Assembly: GCF_006345805.1 (NCBI RefSeq)
Contig: NC_043001.1
Location: 21,700,001-21,764,000 of the forward strand
Reading direction: 5' to 3'
DNA: 64,000 nucleotides
Origin: Octopus sinensis
Taxonomy: Eukaryota
Part shown: in pieces, positions 1-12,349 of the stretch
Layout of the letters: the number at the start of each line of letters is the position of its first letter
Position numbering within the stretch: the stretch's first letter is position 1
Position numbers and translations under genes: made by a program
Notes under the pieces: generated by a model
What the model saw: the letters and a program-made list of their open reading frames with translations, nothing else
What the model was told of the DNA's origin: nothing
Databases searched by the model: none

Positions 1-37
1 AAAATATAAAAGAAAGAAAATACTATATATATATATA

Positions 38-220
38 ACGGGCAGGTGGAGTACAAACGAAGGCAGGTGGAGTACAAACAAACAATGAATTAGTATGGCG
101 CTCAGGAATAGAAATAAAACAAGTCTTTTACGTTTCGAGCCTACGCTCTTCGACAGAAAGATACACAGAAAAGAAACAAGGAGAGAAAAAAATTGCGTTT
201 AGGGGCTAACGATCCAACAT
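38..220 (-). mobile_element. Penelope-like element terminal fragment with hammerhead-like motif (124-161)
   Basis: Minus strand reads tcttt-CTGTCGA-A-GAGC-gtag-GCTC-GAAA-CGT-A-aaaga. It abuts a (TA)n tract and has the same architecture as 3327-3361 and 19921-19955. Confidence 0.6.
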
Positions 221-872
221 ATATATACATATATATTTCACGGGATAAAATATTCATATAGTCCACCGGTTTTGCTTTTTCTAATCATGACTAAGATATT
301 AGAGATACTATTACAATTTAAATCTATCATAAGAAGTTTTCCATCCATATTAGTAGGAGGAAATGTATTGTGTAACTGAGCCAGGAGGCAAATAAATTTT
401 AGGAGAGGTAATTAGTGATTGTTATTATTAGAAGCAGGAACGGTCATTACTTTATATGTGTGTATGTGTGTGTGTGTCTTCTGTGGGTCATTACGCCATC
501 TTTACTCTTTACGCCTTAATCATTACACGCCGTTCGTTGTTTCATCAACACAGAGCCAATACAAATACTTTTCCCACTCTTTCCTTCCTTGAAATGCAAC
601 TCTCCGGATCCCCCTTGCTGCCTATGGCTTGATCTAATAACCAACTCTATCTAAGTCACTAAGTACGAATTTACAAAATCTCTAAATGTCTTCCATAGCT
701 CCAGAGGAGTCGTAAAAGGTGATGCTTAGCAGTGTTTTTTCATATGATTGGGAAAGTAACAGATACATTTCTCTGGTTAGAAAATCAAGATTATCATAAA
801 TAAAATTCTCAGGTGTGTTACTTGCTTCGAAAACCAATTAAACCTACACAGGGTTACCACATATTTACGCAT

Positions 873-1096
873 AGGCGAGCTGGCAGACACGCTAGCGCGC
901 CGGGCGAGATGCTTAGCGGTATTTCGTCTGTCGTTACGTTCTGAGTTCAAATTCCGCCGAGGTCAACTATGCCTTTCATCCTTTCGGGGTCGATAAATAA
1001 AGTACCAGTTTCGCACTGGGGGCGATATAATCGACTCAATCCCTTCGTCTGTCCCTGTTTGTCCCCTCTATGTTTAGCCCCTTCTGGGCAGTAAAG

Positions 1097-1099
<3 letters not shown>
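873..1099 (+). mobile_element. tRNA-derived SINE family B (Meta-domain-like core)
   Basis: GGCGAGCTGGCAGA head, B box GAGTTCAAATTCC, core GCCTTTCATCCTTTCGGGGTCGATAAA and GTAAAGAAAT tail. Many copies in the window. Confidence 0.85.
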
Positions 1100-1150
<51 letters not shown>

Positions 1151-1849
1151 CGACTGACATTTAAGCTTTAACTGCGTTGTCTGTTTTTTCTTATATTCAA
1201 GGTTACTTTATCCACTACATTCGTCCATTTCTTAAACTATTGAGTAATATTTGGAAGATGTTCAATTTTTGTTCTGATGGTTGTTTCTTTGTTTTCAAAG
1301 GGGTACTTGTTTCTTTGTGCTTGTTTTTATAGCCCAGATCAGCCTTAAGTGATCATGATTTGCTCCATGATCAAAGTCGTTCAAACAGCGAAATGAGGCG
1401 ATTGGGCGAACCGACTTGGACGCTGACGATTTGGCATGGCTGACCGGACAGTCAATCTATTTTGATGACAATATTTCCGGTGCTAGAGGCAAACACGCGC
1501 GCGTGCAGAAATATACACATACAGATAGAGAGAAGGTGGGTGAGAGATATTACACACACATAAAAAAGAGAGAGTAAAAAAATATCAGAGAACATCTGAT
1601 ATCACATAAGTCAATTTCTTTATTAACCATGAGGTTGAGAAAAAGAGGGGACGATACGAGGACAGACAAAACAAACATTGGGGTCAGGGTATCGAATGTG
1701 ACGAAACGTATGAATAAACAAACAATTAAAATATATACAATTAAATGAGAATGAGTGATTTACAAAAAATTGTAGCGGAGGACGCGGTCAACCCCACAAA
1801 CCACATACTCACACTGAAGACTTTGCTTTCTCCTTTTTATATTCTCGTT

Positions 1850-2150
1850 TAAACAGGTTCTTTCACTCGCAACATACTTGCTATAGACTTCCATCTTTTA
1901 CGAAACACACTTTGCGACAGGCATTTCTTCTCCAGCCTTATTTTCCGTTTCATGAGGGAAACGAAAAAGTTGATTAGCTCGAGACTGGAGATGAACATGC
2001 CTGTTGCAATTCCTTTTACTCTCGTCTCCCATACAACCTCTTTCGCAACAGCAACTACCGAGAGAAAACAGGCTCGCTCCTCCCTATTCAGGGAGGTCGG
2101 CGAAACAAATCAACGACACCAAATAGGCAGCGCTAGACGGTTGTACCAAA
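1850..2150 (-). mobile_element. L1/Tx1-clade LINE ORF2 3' fragment (degenerate)
   Basis: Minus-strand translation includes NFFVSLMKRKIRLEKKCLSQSVFRKRWKSIASMLRV, resembling Tx1 ORF2 C-termini. Confidence 0.55.
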
Positions 2151-2920
2151 TTGTCTTATATACTTTTAGCCCTTACCATCTCGTTTTGTTTTTTTTTTTT
2201 GTTGTTTTTTTTGTTGTTTTTTTTCAAAAGCAGTGAAGCTAGGACTATATTACCTAATGTATTCTTTCTCCTTTTAGCCACTTTGAAGGAGATTTGGCAG
2301 CGATTTCTAACAGATCGAACAACCATCTTTGTTGGTTCCTTACTAGTTGTAATTGTTGACGATTCAGTCACAGATATTTATTGTTGTTGTTGTTGTTTTT
2401 GAAAGCGTTTCCACAGTATCAACTTAAGTACAAACTAAAATAAATGCATCTACTTTTGCAAGGATGTCGATAATTTATTTTAGTTTATTTTATTTCGCCG
2501 TAAGAGGACAAGAGTCGATTACATCGACCAATTACTACTTTATCAAAATAATCAGTCTATACATTTTTCCTAGGCCCCCTGGGGTATATGGTCGATAAGG
2601 ATGCTGGGTTTGAAATAAGAGGAATTGTTCCCTCCAACCTGCTCTTCAGGACACTTAGTTTCCAATTTATTACGTTCCAGAACATTTGACGACTGACAAT
2701 GCGCTCGGTTTTTAACACTCATCTAACTCTTGTTCTCATTTGCATTTATTTATTTATTTATCCAGATAATTCTACTTCTAAGTGGTTGCATACATGGTTC
2801 TGTTCTAATTCTCTGATTCCAACGTCAAAATATATCTTCATAATTATTAATTTACCACTATTATCATGATTGTTTATCTTGCATATCGAGGTTGTTGTTT
2901 TTTTCAAGAGGTCCTTAAGA

Positions 2921-3071
2921 CTGTGTGGCTAAGAAGGTCGATTTGCAACCTAGAGATTTAGAGTTCGGTCCAACTGAGTGACACCTTGAGCAAGTAACTT
3001 CTACTATAGGTCCGAGTTGACCAATGCCTTGCGAGTAAATTTGGCTGACAGAAATTGTGTGGAAGCTTGTC

Positions 3072-3144
<73 letters not shown>

Positions 3145-3200
3145 GGTGCCCCAGCATGGCCACAGCTCATTAGCTGAAACTGGAAAAATAAAAAAAAAAT
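2921..3200 (+). mobile_element. SINE family A, short variant (head + (TA)n + LINE-like tail)
   Basis: Diverged tRNA-like head, central (TA)n, tail GGCGGTGCCCCAGCATGGCCACAGC...GCTGAAAC followed by an A-rich end. Confidence 0.75.
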
Positions 3201-3214
3201 TAAAATATATATAT

Positions 3215-3440
3215 ACATGTATATAGTTAATCCAAACATGAAAACACAAAGAGAAAACACAACAACGCGAGGACGTGGAACAAGTATAGTATTATTGGAC
3301 GCTCAGGAAAGAAGGAAAGAAGAAGGGTTTAACGTTTCGAGCGGAGCTCTTCGTCAGAAACATAGGAAAAGGAAAGATCCAAGGAAGGGAAGACGGAGGG
3401 AAAAAATCGCCAACGGTACACACGTGGTCACATTTTGAAT
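3215..3440 (-). mobile_element. Penelope-like terminal fragment with hammerhead-like motif (3327-3361)
   Basis: Minus strand gttt-CTGACGA-A-GAGC-tcc-GCTC-GAAA-CGT-T-aaac. Homologous to 19805-20055 and flanked by TA repeats. Confidence 0.7.
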
Positions 3441-3509
3441 ATATATATTTGGAAAACCCTTATGCTAGAAGTAGATCCGCTAGGGTCTTACTGCTAAGAA
3501 ATGTTGACG

Positions 3510-4900
3510 GATATACCCTCCAGCCTTCATCTTGGGGAAATGTTTATTATTATTATTATTATTCGGGTCACTGTCTGGAATCGAACTCAGAATATTGGGG
3601 TTAGTAGCCCGTGCTCTTAACCACGACGCCATATGTCCGTGGGCAATTGTGGAGTGAATTTTTAGAGCTTATAAATCTAATATTTTCCTATCCTTCCCTA
3701 ATACCGGTTCCCATATGCTATTTATATCTGCACGCGGTCAGCTTAGGAGGTTGTTGTGTCCTAGCATATGTGCTGCTTCTTTTAGTTTTCGTATTTTCCA
3801 GTGGTGTTCTCTGTCTATTATTTTAACTTCATCCCACAGGGGTAGGTGGTCTCCATTTTTCCATACATGATCAGCTATACCCGATTTATCAATATCTCCT
3901 CGTGTCACAGCTTTGCGATGTTCCTCTACTCTTATTTTGAGGGGGCGGCATGTTTCGCCTTTGTATAACCTACCACAGCTGCATGGAATGGGTACACGCA
4001 GTTTTAGTCATATTCTCTTCTATTGGTGGTTTTACCCGAAGGAGATATTTGCGAAGTGTTGCATTACTCTCGAATACTGTCCTGATGTCATATGGGCCGC
4101 ATATCTTTTGAATCTTTTCAGAGAGGCCTTTCACATAGGGCAGACATACTGTAGACAGTTTATTGGTTTCATCCTCTCTTTTCTTCATAATTGGAGTAGG
4201 TAGTATGTTTTTGGAGTAGTTGTTGCTTAATAGATTGTTACTGAGCTTGATCATTTCTTTGTGGTAGGTATCACGATCGCTGCTTATATTCTTTGCTTGA
4301 TGTTTTAGGCACTGAGCAATCCCTCTCTTTACACTGTATGGATGGTGGGAATTGAAGTTAAGGTATCGTCCAGTGAAGGTCAGTTTGCGGTAAACGGATG
4401 TCCTGAATCCATACTTGGTACGTGTTATTAGTACGTCCAGGAATGCTAGCTGATTGTCTTTTTCCTTTTCCATTGTGAACTGTATGGATGGCTTTATTGA
4501 GTTCACATGATCCAACAGCACTTGGACATCTTCCTGGTGGGGTCAGAGTATAAAGATGTCATTAATATATCGCAGCCAAAGGGTTGGTTTTAGTGGTGTT
4601 GATCCTAAAGCCAAATTCTCAAAGTATTCCATGTATATATTGGCCATTATCGGTGATAATGGTGAACCCATAGCTAAACCCTCTTCTTGTCGATATATAT
4701 CAGTGTCCATTCTGAAATAGGTAGTTTCTACACAGGTCAACATTTCCATCAAGTTTCTTATTAGTATACTAGTGCGTTATTTTAAATGGGTGACTGTCAC
4801 TAGTTTTTCTTGAATCACCGATAGTGCTTAACCACTTGAGACTTTAGTGAACAGACTTATCACATCTAGACTCACCATCTGGTTGGATTCAATTATTAGA
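3510..4900 (-). pseudogene. Penelope-like retroelement: RT plus GIY-YIG endonuclease region, frameshifted
   Basis: Motifs MVSLDVISLFT, GLAMGSPLSPIMANIYME, WLRYINDIF, QFTMEKEKDNQLAFLDV and YLNFNSHHP, then GETCRPLKIRVEEH (ORFs 4543-4752 and 3970-4521). Confidence 0.93.
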
Positions 4901-5020
4901 AGCATAGGAGATAATAAACTTCTTTTTTTCTTTCTTTTTTTTAAGTGAATTGATTATAATTATATTAAAAAGTCAATAACCAAATTATATTTAGCTCATG
5001 CCACCCAAAACATGTTAAAA

Positions 5021-5190
5021 TAAGAGGTGCGTTCAAAAAGTACCCGACTATTTTTTTCCGCCTACTGGACAAAATCCTTTGAATAGGAGGTGACGCCACC
5101 CCTCCTGTGCATGCGTTAAAATATTCGCGCCTGTAGACCGCGTCAGTTCCTGGTTGTTACGCCTGGAGTACAAGCGTGTAATGCGCTACT
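5021..5190 (+). mobile_element. Mariner-like left-end fragment
   Basis: TAAGAGGTGCGTTCAAAAAGTACC resembles a mariner TIR (TA-CGAGGTGTGTTCAAAAAGT type). No partner end seen. Confidence 0.5.
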
Positions 5191-5199
5191 GCGCCCTTA

Positions 5200-5286
5200 T
5201 ATGTTTGTGTATTGTCCTCATCTTGTTAACACAACTTTTCGGCTGATATACCCTCCAGCCTTCATCTTGGGGAAATTTCGATGTTG

Positions 5287-5337
<51 letters not shown>

Positions 5338-5795
5338 GGATCACTGTCTGGAATCGAACTCGGAATCTTGGGGTTAGTAGCCTGCGCTCTTAACTACGAC
5401 GCCATATGCCGTGTATATGACTCTATCTACTATTTTAACTTCATCCCACAGGGTGAGGTGGGTCCATTTTTCCATACATGATCAGCTATACCCGATTTAT
5501 CAATATCTCCTCGTGTCACAGCTTTGCGATGTTCCTCTACCCTTATTTTGAGGGGGCGGCATGTTTCGCCTTTGTATAACCTACCACAGCTGCATGGGAT
5601 GGGTACACGCAGTTTTAGTCATATTCTCTTCTATTGGTGGTTTTACCCGAAGGAGATATTTGCGAAGTGTTGTATTACTCTCGAATACTGTCCTGATGTC
5701 ATATGGGCCACATATCTTTTGTATCTTTTCAGAGAGGCCTTTCACATAGGGTAGACAGATTGTTGACAGTTTATTGGTTTCATCCTTTCTTCTTC
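5200..5795 (-). mobile_element. Duplicated 3' end (pseudo-LTR) of the Penelope-like element
   Basis: Near-identical to 3510-4180 (ORF 5524 matches ORF 3913), with an internal deletion. Carries a tRNA-like segment, (AAT)n and a degenerate hammerhead-like motif at 5232-5268. Confidence 0.9.
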
Positions 5796-5800
5796 ATATA

Positions 5801-6190
5801 CTCTTTTACATGTTTCAGTCTTTTGACTGTGGCCATGCTGGAGCACCGCCTTTAGTCGAGCAAATCGACCAGGACTTATTCTTTGTAAGCCTAGTACTTA
5901 TTCTATCGGTCACTTTTGCCGAACAGCTAAGTTGCGGGGACGTAAACACACCAGCATCGGTTGTCAAGCAATGCTTGGAGGACAAACACACAACATATAC
6001 ACACATACATACATACATACATATATACATATATCTACGACGGGCTTCGTCAACCAAATCCACTCACAAAGCTTCGGTCGGTCCGAGGTTATAGTAGAAG
6101 ACACTTGCCCCAGGTGCCACCCAGTGGGACTGAACTCGGAACCATGTGGTTGGTAAGCAAGCTACTTAACCACACACCCACTCCTACGCC
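5801..6190 (-). mobile_element. tRNA-derived SINE family A (full length)
   Basis: Head with A box TGGGTGTGTGG and B box-like GAGTTCAGTCCC, central microsatellite, tail GCGGTGCTCCAGCATGGCCACAGTCAAAAGACTGAAAC. Confidence 0.9.
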
Positions 6191-6559
6191 TATGCTAAAA
6201 TAATTCTTTTCTCTCACTAACTCTTGCTCTCTCTCTCTCTCTCATTCTCTCTGAGTAACACCATTTTTCTTTCTTTCTCCCTAGCTATAAAAATGCGAGT
6301 TTCCTGTAGAATAAGCTTATGGGCAATTGTTTTATTGCTGTACCTAGAAACAGTCGTATCTCAGCTGAGTGATAAATCTAATATGGGACAATTCGACAAG
6401 TGGTCTTTCCTGCCAGAAAATACTCCAGATAAACTCAAACAACACTCGAATGAAGCTCGCTATGTAAGAGCGCCACGTGAGTATATTTTCTTTTTGCTTT
6501 TTGCTTTTTCTTTTCTGTGTTCCCAGAATGCAATTTTGTTCAGTCAATGATTAGACATC

Positions 6560-6848
6560 AAATAATTCTTGAATTATCAAACTAGCTCCCCGTTTAAAAT
6601 ATATATTGAGTGCGAAGCGCACTGAATAACTAGTAGAAGGAGGAGGAGTCCTCCTGGGGTTAAAATAGCAGCATCGTCTATTCTTACAAAAACATCCACG
6701 TTTAGGTGGCGATAAACAATCCTTGAATAAATCGTTCGAAATTTGTGACCATATATGAACCGGTATCTCTGGTTGATTATCAATAATTATTTTAATAGCT
6801 TAGAGGAGGAGGAGGAGGAGGAGGAGAAGGAAGATGGTGGTCATGGTA

Positions 6849-6882
<34 letters not shown>

Positions 6883-6920
6883 GGAGGAGGAGGAGGAGGA
6901 GGAAGATGGTGGTCATGGTA

Positions 6921-6951
<31 letters not shown>

Positions 6952-7060
6952 GGAGGAGGAGGAGGAGGAGGTAGTTATCCTCAGAGTAAAGTGGGCTCCG
7001 CTAAAGGTACGCAAGGACCCATTGTTAGTGTTAAACCACTGTATGAACAGGAAGGTCCTT
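6560..7060. repeat. Local duplication, copy X (pairs with 7345-7890), containing a (GAG)n/(GAT)n compound microsatellite
   Basis: The blocks TAGCTCCCCGTTTA...GACCATAT and TTATCAATAATTAT...GAACAGGAAGGTC occur in both copies. Confidence 0.85.
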
Positions 7061-7344
7061 CTGACGGCCTCCACACAGTTTCCGTCTGTCAACCTATGCT
7101 CAGAAGGCTTTGGCCTTCCAGCGGCTATGACAGAAGATACTTGCTTCAGATGCCGTGCTGTGGGATTGAACCTGAAACCACACAGATACAACGTGCAATT
7201 GTACTAAGTTGGACAAAATAGAACAGAAGGAAGATAAAGTGTGGGAGCAATAAAACAGTGCCATGGAAAATACATTTGGAATGTTTTTTATTTATGCTAA
7301 TCAATCATTCAGTGTGTCATGTGATCTAGGTGTCTATTGACCAA

Positions 7345-7890
7345 TTAATCTTTGAATTAGCAAAGTAGCTCCCCGTTTACAATATATATTGACTGCGAAG
7401 CGCACTGAATGACCAGTAGGAGGATGAGTCCTCCTGGGGTTAAAATAGCAGTATCGTTTATTCTTACAGAAACATCCACGTTTAGGTGGCAATAAACAAT
7501 CCTTGAATAAATCTTTCGAAATTGGGGACCATATCTAAATCCTTTTTAAGTCAAGTTTTGTGGCATCATGGTCTATTCGAGTAGGGAATTCTTGTCGAGT
7601 GAGTTGTATCCAGTTTATAGGGGGCTTATCTGGTATTCCTTGAAGAAATTTGTCCAGATTCCGTTTGAAGGTGATGGGATCCTTTTCCTCTTTAATCTGT
7701 TTTGGGACAATGTTAAACAGGGCAGGGCCTGTTGAGGAAAAGAAATCGCGTTGCTGTGTATTATCAATAATTATGTTAATAGTTTAGAGGAGGAGGAGGA
7801 GGTAGTTATCCTCGGAGTAAAGTGGACTCCGCTAAAGGTACGCAAGGACCCGTTGTTAGTGTTAAACCACTGTATGAACAGGAAGGTCTT
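7345..7890. repeat. Local duplication, copy Y, containing a CR1-like 3' fragment (7530-7770, minus)
   Basis: Internal segment matches 9790-9990 of the CR1-like LINE. Confidence 0.85.
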
Positions 7891-8451
7891 CTTCATAATC
7901 ATTTATCTTGAAGAAGCAGTTTAGATATTATTCTCATTTATAAGAAGCTTATAATGTTATATATCCAAAACTTCGAACTGACTAATAGCTTTCAGTGTTT
8001 CTCGGGACCCATTCAAGTAAAAATAACTGAAGAAGTATAAACATGAATAAAAAAAAGAACTGAAGGTCGTTAGTGTATTGTGAGAAAGATTTTCTGATGA
8101 AGGATATTGTTTGAAACCCATGGTGCTTCTTTTTGTTTTGTTTTTTGTTTATTTTTTCTCAAAGTTCGCAGAGAAACTTCAATTTTGTTTTCACACATTT
8201 CATTGAGTAAAAACAAAATCGCCCCCAAACTCGCTGCAACGTTGTTAATCAATTAAATTAAGTAAGGTATTGATTTAGCAAACGAAAGCATAAACAGAAA
8301 TATTAATTACTGAGAGAAATCTCCATATAATGAATATTTTGTTTTCTCGGCTCTCTTAACAAATCTTGAGATGCAACCTCCCTGTATATAAACTACACTT
8401 CCATAAAGTGTGAAACAATATTTAACTCGACTGACAGAATTACTCTCTCTC

Positions 8452-8655
8452 TCTTTTGTTTCCGTCATTTGACTGCGGCCATGCTGGAGCACCGCCTTTA
8501 TAGTCGAGCAAATCGATTCCAGGACTCAATCTTTGTAAGCCTAGTACCTATTCTATCGGTCTCTTTTTGCCGAACCGCTAAGTCACGGGGACGTAAACAC
8601 ACCAGTATCGGTTGTCAAGCGATGTTGAGGGGACAAACATACATACATACATACA

Positions 8656-8746
<91 letters not shown>

Positions 8747-8903
8747 GACGGGCTTCTTTCAGTTTCCGTCTACCAAATTCACTCACAAAGCGTTGGTCGG
8801 CTCGAGGCTGTAGTAGAAGACACTTGCCCAAGGTGCCACGCAGTAGGACTGAACCCGGAAACATGTCGTTGGTAAGCAAGCTACTTACCACTCAGCCCCT
8901 CCT
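8452..8903 (-). mobile_element. SINE family A
   Basis: Same head, microsatellite and tail architecture as 5801-6190. Confidence 0.9.
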
Positions 8904-8984
8904 AATCATAAAATTATAATAGAATTAGTTGTAAGTTAGGAAATTGAGAAATCTTCGTTATTATCATTGAGCTGTTTAAGACGA

Positions 8985-9160
8985 CGAGGAGCAGAATCGT
9001 TAGCATGCCGGATAAAATGCCTAGCGGCGTTTCTTCCGGCTCTACGTTCTAAGTTTTAAAAAGTATGCCTTACTTTTCATCCTATCGCGGTCGATACAAG
9101 AAGTGCCAGTTGAGCATTAGGTGTCGATGTAATCGACTAGCGCGTTCCCACCGAAATTCG
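8985..9160 (+). mobile_element. SINE family B, diverged partial
   Basis: GAATCGTTAGCATGCCGG...CTACGTTCTAAG...TTTTCATCC...GTCGAT aligns to 873-1099. Confidence 0.65.
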
Positions 9161-9284
9161 CTTAATTTTAGATTTGCTATTTATTGCAATATGGTACAGT
9201 GTTATCACATCGTTTTAAGTGTTAACTCGATGTCTCCATAACAATCCACAAATTGTCGAAACAGAGACTGAATTCTTTTTCAAC

Positions 9285-9439
9285 TCTACTCTTCTACTTG
9301 TTTCAGTCATTTGACTGCGGCCATGCTGGAGCGCCGCCTTTATAGTCGAGCAAATCGACCACAGGGCTTATTCTTTGTAAGCTTAGTACTTATTCTATCG
9401 GTCACTTTTGCCGAACAGACACACAAACATATACACGCG

Positions 9440-9534
<95 letters not shown>

Positions 9535-9696
9535 GATGTGCTTCTTTCAGTTTCCGTCTACCAAATCCACTCACAAAGCTTTGGTTGGCCCGAGGCTATA
9601 GTAGAAGACACTTGCCCAAGGTGCCACGCAGTGGGAATGAACACGGAACCATGTGGTTGGTAAGCAAGCTACTTACCACACAGCCATTCCTGCGCC
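9285..9696 (-). mobile_element. SINE family A with internal deletion
   Basis: Head and tail present; the ACAACCGATGCTGG block is missing. Confidence 0.85.
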
Positions 9697-9779
9697 TTAA
9701 ATCTTTATAAAACTTAGATATTTTTCGACCAAAGATTGGTCCAGGCCATGTCTAACTTAATAGCACTGCCTGATAGTTT

Positions 9780-10760
9780 TATCTAAATTCTTGTTAAGTC
9801 AAGTTTTGTGGCATCATGGTCCATTCGAGTAGGGGAGTTGTATCCAGGTATAGGTGGCTTATCCGGTATTCCTTGAAGAAATTTGTCCAGATTCCGTCTA
9901 AAGGTAATGGGATCCTTTTCCTCTTTAATCTGTTTTGGGACTATGTTAAATAGGGCAGGGCCTGTTGAGGAAAAGAAATTGTGTTGCAGTGTATCTATGT
10001 GTTGTGATCCTGAATTAAGTAGGGGACGTATAGCCATGGATGACTTTTGAAGCTAATGTTGAGGTCGTTTGAGCAATGCTGGTGGTATATTCTTCACATC
10101 GGGCAAATGCTGTATCGCTTGCGGCGGCGCTGGAGAGAATAGAGTTTTAATGCTTTAAGGCGACCCCAGTAATCGAGGTCAGCCATGCCCTTAATTCGTT
10201 TAGTGAACGCCCTCTGGGGTAATTCAATTTTCGAGATGTTTTGTTTTATATGGAGATACCACAGGAGACAGCAGTATTCGAGGTGTGACCGTTCAAAAGA
10301 GGAGAAAAGTGGAATGATGACCCCTTGTTCTCTGGACCTGAAGGTTCTTAAGATCCAGGAGCTCATCTTACGAGCTATATCGGCCCAAGATAGTCCCTGA
10401 GGGATACCACCGGTGACTTTTGATGGGCTGGGCTCCCTCGACTACAACATGTGTTCTATTCGCCAGGAAATACTCAATCCAGTGTAGAAGTTTTCCACAG
10501 ATTCCAACATTTGACAATTTTAAGAGTAAGATATAATGATCAACTCGGTCAAACGTTTTACAGAAGTCAAGCTATATGACATCAGAGTTCGAACCTGTTC
10601 CCAAAACTTTAAGTATATCATCGATGTGGAATAAGATCTGTGTTAGAGTCCCTGCTACAGCGAAAGCCATGCTGATTTGCATTTAGGAGTTTGTGGATCT
10701 CCAGGAAGCCAGCTATCCTTGACCTTACCACTCTTTCAAACACTTTAATGACATGGGAGG
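9780..10760 (-). pseudogene. CR1/L2-group LINE ORF2 (RT) fragment, internally deleted
   Basis: Minus strand gives KVFERVV...NQHGFR...LDFCKTFDRVDH, then GKLLHWIEYFLANRTHVV...GGIPQGTILGP, joined to RSHLEYCCLLW...QRAFTKRIKG...LYSLQRRR. The YADD region is missing. Confidence 0.85.
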
Positions 10761-11084
10761 TGAGAGAAAAGAAAAATTATTTTTTTATTCTTTTCAATCT
10801 GTATAAATTTACACTTTCCAATCTATATAAATTCCGTAATACTGATTTATAAGTTTGTGAGGCAAATAATTAAGAAAAATAAACTGATATTGAGATAAAC
10901 ATTTTATACTTATTGTTGATATTTATCTTCCAGAAACTTTGGTACCCAGATGGAAGAAACGAATTGGTGCGTATTTTCCAATTATCTATGTTTATAGATT
11001 CTATTTATGAAAGGATAAGAAATAAATATTTTACAGATATTATGGAAACTGCATACATTATGTTAATGTCATGCTATCATTATT

Positions 11085-11540
11085 GTAATTGTTGTTGTTG
11101 TTGTTGTTTTACTTTTCAGAGCGTTTGGTTTTATTTGCTCTGGATGATTCTGTGAGAGCAGACAGCAGCCTGTTGTCAGGGGTCTCACAGGGTCCCTTTC
11201 TGCACATTATAAGCTTTGATACCTGTTAATTATCGTGGGAGACATTCAACATCCAAGTACCAATCTCAAAATTCTAGCTGTCACCAACAGAGCAGTTTTG
11301 GGGGCTTGCTCTATTCTCATGTCAATTCCGATTTCTCTGACATATTTCTCGAACTTGGTTGTTAGTGTTCCAAGTGCCCCTACAACTACTGAAATGACAG
11401 ACACTCTCCTCGTAGTCCACATTCTTGCAATTTCATCTTTTAGTAGTCTGTACTTTTCAATCTTTTCTAGTTCTTTCACTTATGCGTGCATCCCCAAGTG
11501 TTGCAATATCTATAATCTTCATTTCTTTTTTCTTTTTCTT
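11085..11540 (-). pseudogene. R4/Dong-type (restriction-like endonuclease) LINE 3' end with (AAC)n tail
   Basis: ORF 11246-11479 KELEKIEKYRLLKDEIARMW...VVVGALG...TALLVTARILRLVL is typical of an RLE C-terminus. Confidence 0.8.
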
Positions 11541-12349
11541 TTTTTACCTTATCATCAAATATCTACCTTCTCATACAGAAAACCTTTCTTTGATTTCCTT
11601 ATCTGTCTTCAGTTTCTCTTCCTCTATGTACTTCCCTCCATAACATCAACATATAACATGAATAGAAATGCTATTTTCCATTCATTTCCAGACTTTTCTT
11701 TATGTATCAATTTCAATTTTAATCAACGCCATCTATCTTTTGCTGTTGTTATTTATTGAACTCATTAAATATTTTATTGATTTATTTAAATTCACGCTTG
11801 CAAATTGTTTCAGTTTAAAAAGAGATTACTTAAAACCTTTCTCAACTAACATGACTATCTATTAGTTTTCGAGAAAATTCCAGCCTTATTCACAGCTGTT
11901 TTCTTCTTTGAAACTCTTTGTCCTATAGCTGAGAATATTTCGCATATAACATCCGCTTAATTAGTGCGAAGACATAGTATCACATTTCGAAGTTCGATTG
12001 TAAAAACAACTTATATTGTTTGGTTTTAATTTAACTTGCGTATATTCTAAAGAACCATTGTTCATTTTGGGAACAAGTAAGACGAAACAGATTGAGTTTC
12101 ACCTTGATTAGTCAAAGACAGGAATATCAAACTAAATGTCAGTTTTAATTTCTAATACTTTATAATTGCCCTAAATACTGCAGCTATAAATATTTTTATC
12201 AAAGTACTCTTCGGTGTCATATGCAAGATATGTGCTATTAATTATATTCTCACATTTTTTGTCTTTTTCTCTGAAATTCTTCGAAATTTGTTTACAAACA
12301 AGCAAAGCGAAACGATAAAAGTAGCAAAAGTATTTATATACATACATGC

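Noticed and set aside
6755-7207. Acidic E/D-rich 150-aa ORF
   Set aside because: Built from (GAG)n/(GAT)n inside a duplicated repeat and runs into a SINE head.
8090-8130. CTGATGA...GAAACCCATGGT hammerhead-like string (also 60121, 13860, 40547 and 57667)
   Set aside because: Stems I and II do not pair, or the cleavage position is G or GAAA is missing. At best heavily decayed.
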